DNA of 64,000 nucleotides from an uncultured Actinomycetota bacterium (GTDB lineage Bacteria; Actinomycetota; Humimicrobiia; Humimicrobiales; Humimicrobiaceae): NCBI GenBank assembly GCA_964556165.1, contig CAZKVH010000005.1, positions 1,269 to 65,268 of the forward strand, read 5' to 3'. Shown piece by piece: positions 42,485 to 51,670 of this stretch (position 1 is its first letter; each line of letters starts with the position of its first letter). The notes under the pieces were generated by a model. It saw only the letters and a program-made list of their open reading frames with translations, ran no database searches and was not told where the DNA came from. The position numbers and the translations under genes were made by a program.

Positions 42485-43700
42485 AACTTATCCCACCAAG
42501 CCATTTACTGGCATTCAAGTCACTGCCTTCCTGTTTTACATTAATCGACCTGAAACCATTTACCGGATTGCTAAAATTTATGTGAGCGCTCTCACCATTT
42601 TGAGCAAAAAGGTAAATATGAAGCATGCTTTCCTTGCTACCACTATATTCAAACTTTGTAAGAGTATCTATACCCCCCTCGGAAGCCGGGGCTACATCTC
42701 CATCAAATATTATTACCCTCTGAACACCATTATTATTAAATCTATATATATCCTCATAAACATAAAGCCTTGCGATCTTTTTTTCTTCTTCACCTACAGA
42801 TAAATTGCTATTATCTACTTTCCAGCTTATGTTTAGCTCCATACCGCACTCGTCGCCATCATTATCTTTATGCCATCGTGTAAAAACATACTTGGGGTTC
42901 TTCTCAACTATAAGAACACCATGAAGAGGTGTTGTGTAGAATCCATCCTCAATCCATACCATCTCATATTCATAATAACTTGTATCAATCCATTCCTTTT
43001 CAGTATAATTTTCCCAGTACCCCTGAGTGACTGTATAAGAAGTATCAACCCATTTTCTACCGGTAACTGTCTTCCAGTGACTGGTATCCACCCAGTAACT
43101 TACTTTAACTGTTTGCCAGTAGCCGCTTTTTATCCATGCTTTATAAGATTCTTTTACTCTTGTCAGCTTTTCATAACATTTATATTTTATAGCATAAACC
43201 TGTCCACCATAAACTGGACGGTAATCTATAATCCACTTATTTGCATGATATTTATTGCCTTTGTAAATTATTGTATATATATTAGGCTGCTTCTTAGCAA
43301 AACCCGAATAAACTGACCAGCCATAACTATCTGTTCCTACATAAATTGTCAAATTTGTTGAAACCCATTTATCAACATCTCTGTATCTTGTTTCCCAGTG
43401 GCTCGCATCCACCCATACAGTCTTATTATAATATTCATAGTAACCACTACTCACCCATACTCTATCGGTATAATTTTCCCAGTACCCCTGAGTAATCGTA
43501 TAAGAAGTATCAACCCATCTTCTCTTCGGAGTTGTCTGCCAGTAACCATCTTCAACTTTATTCTTCTTTATCTCCCAGTGGCTAGTATCTACCCAGACTT
43601 TCTGACTTTCTGAATAAATATTAGAAGGTAACAATAAAGTTACAGATATAAGTACAAATAAAAATAATATTAACAATCGATATATAATTTTATTAGACAT
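42465..43700 (-). CDS. secreted Trp/Tyr-rich tandem-repeat protein (novel; putative pilus-associated adhesin)
   Basis: Signal peptide followed by repeated WVDTSHWE / WVDTSYTxTQGYWENYT / YYEY units. About 60-nt DNA repeats at ~43000-43070 and ~43470-43540. Confidence 0.6.
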   Translation of the reverse strand: MSNKIIYRLLILFLFVLISVTLLLPSNIYSESQKVWVDTSHWEIKKNKVEDGYWQTTPKRRWVDTSYTITQGYWENYTDRVWVSSGYYEYYNKTVWVDASHWETRYRDVDKWVSTNLTIYVGTDSYGWSVYSGFAKKQPNIYTIIYKGNKYHANKWIIDYRPVYGGQVYAIKYKCYEKLTRVKESYKAWIKSGYWQTVKVSYWVDTSHWKTVTGRKWVDTSYTVTQGYWENYTEKEWIDTSYYEYEMVWIEDGFYTTPLHGVLIVEKNPKYVFTRWHKDNDGDECGMELNISWKVDNSNLSVGEEEKKIARLYVYEDIYRFNNNGVQRVIIFDGDVAPASEGGIDTLTKFEYSGSKESMLHIYLFAQNGESAHINFSNPVNGFRSINVKQEGSDLNASKWLGGISYEEFEF

Positions 43701-43709
43701 TTACACTCC

Positions 43710-44327
43710 CTACTCAAGATAAAAAATAAGTTCTTTGCATATCTCACCATTGTGGCTGTCCTTACCCATAACATCCTGGACCCTCAAGTACTTTCCTAGC
43801 AAAAAATCGATATCTCCAGCACGATAGAAATTTTCATAATCAAAAATCAAAGAATCATAAACGGAATATCCTATATATGGATCGGACTCCAGGTCGTAGG
43901 TATCAATATCAAAAATAATCTGATAATCTTCAACATCTTCACAGAAAGAACTTCCATTCCTGGACTTTTTATCTACAAGAAAATAAATTTTGTTATCCTC
44001 TATTTTCTCTATAGTACCTTTGTACATATAATCGTATATAATTTCATGTTCAGCTGTATCGGCCCAGAATTCAATTTCATTTCCCTCTTCATCCTCTCCA
44101 ATAATTTTTTCCATCTCAATAACTATTTCATTCCCTTCTTCATCAAGAAAAGTTTCATATCTTAATTCCTCCGGACTATCTTCATCTGAAATAGACTTAT
44201 TTTGCTCCACGCTTTTATTCATAGAATCTTTAATTTTTTCAAGCACATCAAACTTAATTACAAAGAATATGCAGACTGCTATAAATATAATAAGAGTTAA
44301 ATTTATAATTTTCCTTTTGCTCTCCAT
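43710..44327 (-). CDS. membrane-anchored acidic protein, unknown function
   Basis: Single N-terminal TM (LTLIIFIAVCIFFVIKF), then an Asp/Glu-rich soluble domain. Confidence 0.5.
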   Translation of the reverse strand: MESKRKIINLTLIIFIAVCIFFVIKFDVLEKIKDSMNKSVEQNKSISDEDSPEELRYETFLDEEGNEIVIEMEKIIGEDEEGNEIEFWADTAEHEIIYDYMYKGTIEKIEDNKIYFLVDKKSRNGSSFCEDVEDYQIIFDIDTYDLESDPYIGYSVYDSLIFDYENFYRAGDIDFLLGKYLRVQDVMGKDSHNGEICKELIFYLE

Positions 44328-44435
44328 TCCAATCCTTCTTTAGAACTTAAAAAACACTATAATTAAAATTCCTATAAAAATATTTTCTATTAAATACAAT
44401 CTTTCCCACTCCAAATAGATTTATAAATTTGCTAT

Positions 44436-44861
44436 TTACTCTTTTTCTTCTATCCTCATAAAACTACTTCCAGCTACTTCGGCAAAACCATCTCCAATCA
44501 TAGAAAAAGGAGGAATCTTTGAAAAAAAAATAGGGACTTTATAAATTACATCAACCCCAACCGCATCGCCGGGGTTTGTACCAGAAATATATATCCTCAA
44601 ACTGAGTCTTTCATTAAGGTTCCAACCCGGCATAGTAGATGAAGCATATTCCAATGCTGCATTTACAGCATCTGACTCCGGATCATTAGATAATGTCGCA
44701 GCCCTGGCAGCTTCATAAGATGCAGAATTCACAGCTATCTTCGCATTCAATAAAAACCCAAACTGGATTATTGCCGCAATCAATAAAATTAACACCGGTA
44801 ATACAAGGGCAAGCTCAACAAAAACACTTCCTTTTTCTGAAATGAATTTGAACTTAAACAT
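44436..44861 (-). CDS. tadE: TadE-like Flp pseudopilin
   Basis: 141 aa with the classic TadE N-terminus (KGSVFVELALVLPVLILLIAAIIQFG). Confidence 0.7.
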   Translation of the reverse strand: MFKFKFISEKGSVFVELALVLPVLILLIAAIIQFGFLLNAKIAVNSASYEAARAATLSNDPESDAVNAALEYASSTMPGWNLNERLSLRIYISGTNPGDAVGVDVIYKVPIFFSKIPPFSMIGDGFAEVAGSSFMRIEEKE

Positions 44862-44937
44862 TATATTGTATCTCTTTGCTAAGAAACCAAACTTAAACTT
44901 TTTATTAAAAAATGATATAAAATTTCCTAGAATAGCC

Positions 44938-45108
44938 TTACAAACTATTAACTATAGATTGAAAAACTGAATGTAACTTATCACCAAGCGCAGACACTAC
45001 TGTAATAGAAACAATAACAACAAGAGCTAAGTAAAGAGCTATTTCTATTAACGTAGTTCCCTTTGAGTTAAAAAACATTTTTTTTAAAAGATTTTGGACC
45101 AATTTCAT
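44938..45108 (-). CDS. flp: Flp-family type IVb prepilin (56 aa; below ORF-track length cutoff)
   Basis: Manual translation gives MKLVQNLLKKMFFNSKGTTLIEIALYLALVVIVSITVVSALGDKLHSVFQSIVNSL. It has the Flp motif (G/TTxIEYAL-hydrophobic stretch) with a predicted TadV cleavage after Gly17. Sits directly upstream of tadC. Confidence 0.75.
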   Translation of the reverse strand: MKLVQNLLKKMFFNSKGTTLIEIALYLALVVIVSITVVSALGDKLHSVFQSIVNSL

Positions 45109-45192
45109 AATTACTCCCTTTCTAAATTTAATTTTCTTATATATAAATAAAATGTTTTAGCAATAATTCATCTATCCCAAATAAAAGTTGCA

Positions 45193-46029
45193 CTAAAATA
45201 AAAACTCTAATTGAGGTATAACCGGTAATAGAAATAATAATATTGTAGGGATAAACATAAAAACAAATACAATAATAACCAAGTTACTTTCCAGTCTTTC
45301 GGATTTCACTTTTAGCAGGTCTCTTTGACTATCTCTTATAACTCTCGACATGTCTTTTAAAACCTTACTGATTGGGTTACCAATTACTTCAGCCTGGATC
45401 AAGATTTTTATTACTGTCTTAAAGTCATTACAGAATGAAAGTTTTGAAGCAATATAATAGGCATCATTTTTATTATAGCCCTCAAATATTTTAACCTGTA
45501 TTAGTCTGAAAAGTTTACTAATTTCACACTTATAATTTTCTGAAATATAACTTAAAGATTCATCCAGACTCAGACCAGCCTTTATTAAAGAAGACAAGAT
45601 GTCTATTATGTCAGGGAGCTCATTCTGGATTTTTCTGCTTTTCGAATTAATATTGCCCTTGATAACTTCGGAAGGTATAAAATATGCAACTATCGCCGCA
45701 ATAAATGAATACCATGTAAAATTCTTCTTTAAAAAGAACCCAGTTGCAATAATAAACACAAAAAAGCTTAGAGAAAAAACTATCTTCAGCAAAAACAATC
45801 CTTCTAAAGACTTTACTCTGAAAAAAAATACTTTTACTTCACCCTTTTCTTTGAATAATAACTTTAAATCTTCACTTAATTTATTCTTACTATACTTTCT
45901 GACCGTATTTTTGGTCCTAGATTCAATCAAGTTAATAACTAAACGAGCATCCTTATGACTAAACTTTATAAGGAGCAAAAATATAAAAACTGAAATAAGA
46001 ATAGCCATAGATATTATTGATAAATTCAT
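45193..46029 (-). CDS. tadC: Flp pilus assembly protein TadC (T2SS-F domain)
   Basis: 278 aa polytopic protein with a GspF-like domain. 4-nt overlap with tadB. Confidence 0.75.
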   Translation of the reverse strand: MNLSIISMAILISVFIFLLLIKFSHKDARLVINLIESRTKNTVRKYSKNKLSEDLKLLFKEKGEVKVFFFRVKSLEGLFLLKIVFSLSFFVFIIATGFFLKKNFTWYSFIAAIVAYFIPSEVIKGNINSKSRKIQNELPDIIDILSSLIKAGLSLDESLSYISENYKCEISKLFRLIQVKIFEGYNKNDAYYIASKLSFCNDFKTVIKILIQAEVIGNPISKVLKDMSRVIRDSQRDLLKVKSERLESNLVIIVFVFMFIPTILLFLLPVIPQLEFLF

Positions 46030-46832
46030 CTGTTAATTCTTGCCCCTCCATAATAATTAACAACTCTATTTATTATAAAAAACCCAACTACATTGCTTAA
46101 AACAACATATACAAGAACTAAAATTCCAACTCCTGTAAATAAAACATGCATCACTTCTCTATTAATAAGAACAATGATTATTATTGAAATTATAGGTATC
46201 AAAGTTACTAAATAAGAAGTGTAGCGAGGTCCCGAGCTTAAAATCTTAATATACCTTTCCATATTTTTCTTTTCTCTTATATAATCAACCTGATCTCTTA
46301 AAGATTCTATTAAATCCACCCCTTTGTCATTGGCAGCTATTAAGCCAACAAGAACTACTTCGATTAAATAACTACTGTTTCTTTTGACCATATTTTTTAA
46401 AGCCTCATTTAATAAAAGACCCCTGCTTGTATCGTTTAATACTAACTCAAACTCTCTTCTCAATGGATAATCTGTTTCATTTACAGCCTTCTGCATGCAA
46501 TTTAGAATATTTGGATTTCCGTATAAATAACCTATTATATCTAATAGAAATTGCTCTAACTGTTCCTCTTTTTTAAAGTTTTCTCTTCTTTTTCTTATAT
46601 TAATGTAAATTAAAAATATGAATGTATTTATGATCAGCAGCAATATAGATAGTAACCAGCCTAACTTAAAAAATAATCCCAAAAAAAAGATGAGAGAAGA
46701 TAATATGAAAATTAAAATAAAGAATTCTTCCATACTCAGATTTAAATTACTTTTATCAACCCAGACTTTAACTTTATTTATAAAAATATGCGCTTTACTG
46801 TCTCTTTTTTCGAATGCTGCGCTGCTTGACAT
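46026..46832 (-). CDS. tadB: Flp pilus assembly protein TadB (T2SS-F domain)
   Basis: 268 aa polytopic protein with a GspF-like domain. Confidence 0.75.
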   Translation of the reverse strand: MSSSAAFEKRDSKAHIFINKVKVWVDKSNLNLSMEEFFILIFILSSLIFFLGLFFKLGWLLSILLLIINTFIFLIYINIRKRRENFKKEEQLEQFLLDIIGYLYGNPNILNCMQKAVNETDYPLRREFELVLNDTSRGLLLNEALKNMVKRNSSYLIEVVLVGLIAANDKGVDLIESLRDQVDYIREKKNMERYIKILSSGPRYTSYLVTLIPIISIIIIVLINREVMHVLFTGVGILVLVYVVLSNVVGFFIINRVVNYYGGARINR

Positions 46833-46933
46833 CCTGAAGATTCTATCAATGATAATTTTCTTCCTATCAACAATGAAAATTACTACAGAACTAAGTATGT
46901 AAAATAATCCAAGTCCAATAGAAATTGAAATAA

Positions 46934-48136
46934 TTATAGATACTCTAATTTGTAATCCCCTCTCTCATCAAGGCTATTGTTTACCAGCAAAATTTCTTTT
47001 AATTTTCTCTTGCATAAATTTGAATTCTTATCTTTTTCGTAGCTCAAAAATAATACTGCATCAATTGCCCTTGAAATCATTCTTCTTACAACATAATCAT
47101 TTAAATTAGTCTTATACTCCATTGCTAAGGTCTCCAGCCTTATGAAAGCATCAAAAGCAGAATCAGCATGAATTGTTGTAAAACTTCCCCTGTGGCCTGT
47201 ATTTAATGCTTGAAGCATTTGATAGGCTGCCATTGAATCTCTTACTTCACCAACTATGATTCTGTCAGCCTTCATTCTTAATGTTTCAAATATTAATTTA
47301 TCCTGGTTAATCTCATTATCGTACTCCCTTGATTTTGATCTTGTGCTTAACATTCTTACAAAAGGATATCCCGAAAGTTTTATTTCAGGAACGTCCTGTA
47401 TGATATTGATAAACTCATTTTTTGGAATTAATTTTGCCAGTGTGTTAAGCAAAGTAGTTTTCCCGGAGCCCATAGACCCTGCTATAAGAATATTCTTTTT
47501 CCCGTTCACCAGATCTTTTAAGACACTATAATACTTTTCATCAAACATATTTAATCTCAACAAATCTTCTAATCTAAAATCTATACAGTTAAAGACCCTT
47601 ATTGAAATATATACTCTGTCAGAAATAGGTGGAATTATTATCGAACATCTGCTGCCTTCATAAAGTTCGGTACTTAGAAAAGGGACCCTCTGGTCTATCA
47701 CCTTGCCTGTATTGCTTTTAATCCTATCTATTATCAAATACACTTCATCAATATTGTTAAATACTTTTCCCAGGTATTTCTTAGTCCCATTCTTTATTAT
47801 TATCATCTCTAAATCCTGTATAAAAACATCAGTCACCCCGGCATCATTTAAGAATTTTTCCAGTATCCCCAACCCAAATATTTCTGATAATGCTCTATCA
47901 ATCAGCTCATCCTTAATATCAAAATCAAAGGAAGGGTATTTCTTCTCAACCTCGTCCTTTAAAAGAATATATAATTTATCCCTGCAGTATTCTCTGTTTG
48001 AATAACTACAATCTAAAAAAGACTTATCATTCTTAACCATTTTCTTAACAGAATTTACTATCTCTTTTTCATCAAATATTTCTAATTTACTTTTCTCATA
48101 AAGACTATCCCTTAACAATACTTTCAAATCCTCCAA
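46934..48136 (-). CDS. tadA: Flp pilus assembly ATPase TadA/CpaF (VirB11-like)
   Basis: 400 aa. Walker A GSMGSGKTTLLN, Asp box, His box. Confidence 0.9.
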   Translation of the reverse strand: MEDLKVLLRDSLYEKSKLEIFDEKEIVNSVKKMVKNDKSFLDCSYSNREYCRDKLYILLKDEVEKKYPSFDFDIKDELIDRALSEIFGLGILEKFLNDAGVTDVFIQDLEMIIIKNGTKKYLGKVFNNIDEVYLIIDRIKSNTGKVIDQRVPFLSTELYEGSRCSIIIPPISDRVYISIRVFNCIDFRLEDLLRLNMFDEKYYSVLKDLVNGKKNILIAGSMGSGKTTLLNTLAKLIPKNEFINIIQDVPEIKLSGYPFVRMLSTRSKSREYDNEINQDKLIFETLRMKADRIIVGEVRDSMAAYQMLQALNTGHRGSFTTIHADSAFDAFIRLETLAMEYKTNLNDYVVRRMISRAIDAVLFLSYEKDKNSNLCKRKLKEILLVNNSLDERGDYKLEYL

Positions 48137-48947
48137 TCTCTACCGAAAAAATTTTACTGATGTCTTTAAAAAAACACCCTTTAGAAACATTATTTCTATT
48201 GAAAATCAATTTGTATTTATTGAATTTCTTATCAAACTTCACAAATGCATAAACAGGTATTTCAATAATTTTGGCAAGATCCCGTATTTTAAGAAAATCC
48301 GTGAACTTCTTCTTGTTTAAGATAAGTTTTATTTTGCATTCCTGAACAGAGAACTTCCTTATCAAAATATCAAACAGACTCGAAACACGTGCAATACTTT
48401 CTAACGAACAATCGCTTATTATAAAAATTATATTTGAAAGTTTAATTACATCTAAAACCGGTTCATTTATAATTGTTTGAGTATCTACAATAATGCATTC
48501 ATAATCTTTAGAAATGCAATCCATTAATTTATTAATAGAGCCTTTCTTTATATTCTCAGCAACAAGAGGGCTTGACACTCCTTTTAATACATCTAAATTT
48601 CTATGTATATTTTTAATAAATTCACCGTATTTTTCTGGAAACCTTATTGCCAGCTCCATAGATTTGCCTTTCTCAATATCAAATAAAATACCAAAATCAC
48701 CAGGTGAACTGTCAAGTTCTAATAGTAATGTCCTTTTCCCCATCTTTTGTGAAATAAACATTGCAGAAACCACAGCAAATGAGGTCTTACCAACACCTCC
48801 TTTATTGGAAATAACTGTGATTAACATATTTTTATCATAATTATTAGTATTACTCTGTGTTTTACTGTTCTTGAGACCAGCAGAATCCAAACTTCTAATA
48901 CCGCTTGAGTTTTCATAAGTAATAGTATTTTTAACCCCCAAATTCAT
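48105..48947 (-). CDS. cpaE: CpaE/TadZ-like MinD/ParA-family ATPase
   Basis: Walker A SNKGGVGKTSFA. The N-terminal 40 aa are low-complexity, so the true start may be Met41 (~48827). Overlaps the tadA start by 32 nt as called. Confidence 0.7.
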   Translation of the reverse strand: MNLGVKNTITYENSSGIRSLDSAGLKNSKTQSNTNNYDKNMLITVISNKGGVGKTSFAVVSAMFISQKMGKRTLLLELDSSPGDFGILFDIEKGKSMELAIRFPEKYGEFIKNIHRNLDVLKGVSSPLVAENIKKGSINKLMDCISKDYECIIVDTQTIINEPVLDVIKLSNIIFIISDCSLESIARVSSLFDILIRKFSVQECKIKLILNKKKFTDFLKIRDLAKIIEIPVYAFVKFDKKFNKYKLIFNRNNVSKGCFFKDISKIFSVEIGGFESIVKG

Positions 48948-48978
48948 AAAAACTCCTGGTAGTAATTTGAAACCGTTG

Positions 48979-49794
48979 TCAAATTTTTTCTATCACAATT
49001 TTATAATCATCATCTTTTGTCAACCTGGCAATAATAGGAGCTTCCTTAACACTGCATTTAAGATAGACATTGATAGTATCGTAATTATTGCTTAAAAGAA
49101 CAGCTTTATTGCTGCTCGGAACATTTTTTTCTATACATATCACTTCTAGATTTCTAACCATAACCTGGCTATTAATTAAAACTATGTTTTCAGATAAATT
49201 AAACATAGTTTTATCAATATAATCTCCGCCAGCAATGAAATATCTACTTCCACTATTAGAACTACTTTTATAATAACTATCAGTTTGATCTAAATATTTA
49301 TTTTCAGCATTTTCCTCTAGTTCGAGATAATCTGAATGTAGCAAGTCTTTTTCACTTACAGTCGATACTATAGATATATAACTACCCACCTCTACCTCCT
49401 CCAGCAAAGGTTCTTGATACTTTACATCGATAGCTATTACAACATATCCTTCTTTCATATCATCAAAAAAGCTTTTATTGTTCTTTTCATCAAACATATC
49501 ATTAGAAATATAATCATCTTTTTTTCTCTCAATATTAATGGTTTTTCCAATTGCATCTTTTTTGTCTGTCATATAATTTTCAGGAAGTGAGCCTTTATAA
49601 TATTCTTTAAATTCTAAATCTCCTTCAATTACTTTCTGACCCTCTTCAATATTTTTGGAAGCAACAACTATCGCTTTCTTATCAAGATAACTATTTAGTA
49701 ATAAATAAAAAGCCAACCCTATAATAATCGAACCAATAATTGCTAATGCTAAATACTTTCTATAATAATTTCTCATTACATTCCCCTCAGTCAT
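48979..49794 (-). CDS. cpaB: Flp pilus assembly protein CpaB/RcpC (SAF domain)
   Basis: 271 aa with an N-terminal TM followed by SAF-like region (AIVVASKNIEEGQKVIEGDLEFKEY). Confidence 0.65.
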   Translation of the reverse strand: MTEGNVMRNYYRKYLALAIIGSIIIGLAFYLLLNSYLDKKAIVVASKNIEEGQKVIEGDLEFKEYYKGSLPENYMTDKKDAIGKTINIERKKDDYISNDMFDEKNNKSFFDDMKEGYVVIAIDVKYQEPLLEEVEVGSYISIVSTVSEKDLLHSDYLELEENAENKYLDQTDSYYKSSSNSGSRYFIAGGDYIDKTMFNLSENIVLINSQVMVRNLEVICIEKNVPSSNKAVLLSNNYDTINVYLKCSVKEAPIIARLTKDDDYKIVIEKI

Positions 49795-51172
49795 AAGTTA
49801 ATAAATCGAATATTTTTTCCTCCAGGTAATTAAAGCCTTTCAAATTGTTAAAATTAAAGTTTGAAAATTCTGATCTATTTCTTAGCTCTCTACTTTCGTC
49901 TACAAAAACTAAGTTCTTCAAATGAAAAAATTGCTCAGCTCGATTTTTTAAAAACCCCAATCCGTTCAGCTTGTCATATTTATTAATCACCAGAACTTTA
50001 TCTAAATCAGAACATAAAAACCTATCGTTTATATTTACAAGCCTACTAATGCTACCCAGAGTACCGTCAGAAACCATTATCAATAAATTTGCAAGATCAA
50101 TTACACCTAACGATAAATCATCTAAGTTATTTGGTAGGTCAAATATAACTAAGTGATACTTCTTTTTTGCAATATCAGCTAAAGCATATATATCCTGTAA
50201 ATCTATTTTCTTTGATAAATCATATGTAGGTGGTGCTTGCATAACATCCAGATTTTCTTTTATTTTTATAACTGAATTATCTAAAGAATCCCTATTATAT
50301 CCATCTACAAAATTCAAGATACTGGGTGACTTTGGAATATTAAAATAGTAACTTATATCTCCTCCACCTTCAGAAAAATTCAAATCAACAAGAAGAGTTT
50401 TTATTTTATTAAAAACGAAGCCTAGGAAAATAGAAATTGTGGTGCTTCCTACCCCTCCCTTAGCTTTTAGTATTATAATTATTTTCTGTTTTAACGTTCG
50501 TATCTTCTTAATTTCTATACCTGTTTCTTCCTCTAAAACATCTCCCTTCGGGGAATTTCCTTTATCTAAATCATTGTTTTCGTTTTCCTTTTTATTACTA
50601 TTCTCCTTATAAACCTCAGGCACTTCTTCATTAAAATTCTCAGCATTATATAGCCTCTCCTTATAACCTATGTCGGTTTCCTTTTTAACTCCACCTAAGC
50701 TCTTACTTTCTTTCTTCAAACTTTTATATTCATCATGTAAAATTAGTGCTTTATTCTTTTCATTATGACTTAGCAAATTACTAAAATATTTTTTAAAACT
50801 GAAGCGCCCATTTCCTTTTTTATATTCACTCTCTTCAATTTCCCTTAATATTAAATTTTCTAACTCCTTTTCGTTTAAAGGGTAATGAATATCTTCGCCC
50901 ATTACATAAATCTTTATTTTCTTTTTATTGGCTCTTTTTGTAATGCCTTGTAAATCAGATATCTTTTTACTTATTATTACGAGATTAATTTTTTCATATT
51001 CCAAAATAAAATTTACAGCAAAATTGCTACTCAAGTTTATAAAATTAAATTTATCATTTAGATTTTGTACTCTTTTAAATGTCTCATTATCACTGTCGGC
51101 CAGGATAATATTAAAAGAATCAATATTTTTAGTTGTCTTCTCTTTTGGAACAGTATATATACCCATAAGCAC
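49787..51172 (-). CDS. TadZ/CpaE-like protein: receiver-like N-domain + MinD/ParA ATPase domain with degenerate Walker A
   Basis: 461 aa. N-terminal ~120 aa has a CheY-like topology, then a low-complexity linker, then the ATPase domain. The P-loop reads KAKGGVGSTT, with Ser where the canonical KGGVGKT Lys would be. Confidence 0.65.
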   Translation of the reverse strand: MLMGIYTVPKEKTTKNIDSFNIILADSDNETFKRVQNLNDKFNFINLSSNFAVNFILEYEKINLVIISKKISDLQGITKRANKKKIKIYVMGEDIHYPLNEKELENLILREIEESEYKKGNGRFSFKKYFSNLLSHNEKNKALILHDEYKSLKKESKSLGGVKKETDIGYKERLYNAENFNEEVPEVYKENSNKKENENNDLDKGNSPKGDVLEEETGIEIKKIRTLKQKIIIILKAKGGVGSTTISIFLGFVFNKIKTLLVDLNFSEGGGDISYYFNIPKSPSILNFVDGYNRDSLDNSVIKIKENLDVMQAPPTYDLSKKIDLQDIYALADIAKKKYHLVIFDLPNNLDDLSLGVIDLANLLIMVSDGTLGSISRLVNINDRFLCSDLDKVLVINKYDKLNGLGFLKNRAEQFFHLKNLVFVDESRELRNRSEFSNFNFNNLKGFNYLEEKIFDLLTYD

Positions 51173-51322
51173 TTTTAAATAATTGAATAAATCTAAGAAA
51201 TTTGTTTAATCAGAATAAATTATATTATTATTAATGTCAATACCATTTATATACTAATTTTATACTATATTATTATATAAATTTGCTATATAATAAAAAA
51301 TTACATTTAGGTTTAAATTTAA

Positions 51323-51670
51323 ATGCACAGCTTAATTAACATTTCAAAAAGGAGTTTTATGGAGCATATAATAGGGATAACAAATGCCAGGAATAATATC
51401 AAAGAGATCGTAGACACCACATCTGATAAAAATGACATCTATATAGTAACCAGGGACTGCATACCCGAAGTCGTAATAATATCTTACAAGAAATACATGG
51501 AAGACAAGAATCTGTTAAAACAGATGCTTGAACTTAAATATGAAAAATCAATAAAAAAATCTCAGAGCCAGTTCAAAGAATGGCTGAAACAAAAAGGCTT
51601 CAATGTAAGCAGTTTATCCGAGGAGGAAGTCGGGAATATGATTAAAAACCTGCATATTAATAACATCTGA
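51323..51670 (+). CDS. Phd/YefM-family antitoxin-like DNA-binding protein with C-terminal extension
   Basis: N-terminal ~60 aa has a Phd/YefM fold (ITNARNNIKEIVD..IYIVTRDCIPEVVIISYKKY). No toxin ORF downstream. Divergent from the tad operon promoter. Confidence 0.5.
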   Translation: MHSLINISKRSFMEHIIGITNARNNIKEIVDTTSDKNDIYIVTRDCIPEVVIISYKKYMEDKNLLKQMLELKYEKSIKKSQSQFKEWLKQKGFNVSSLSEEEVGNMIKNLHINNI

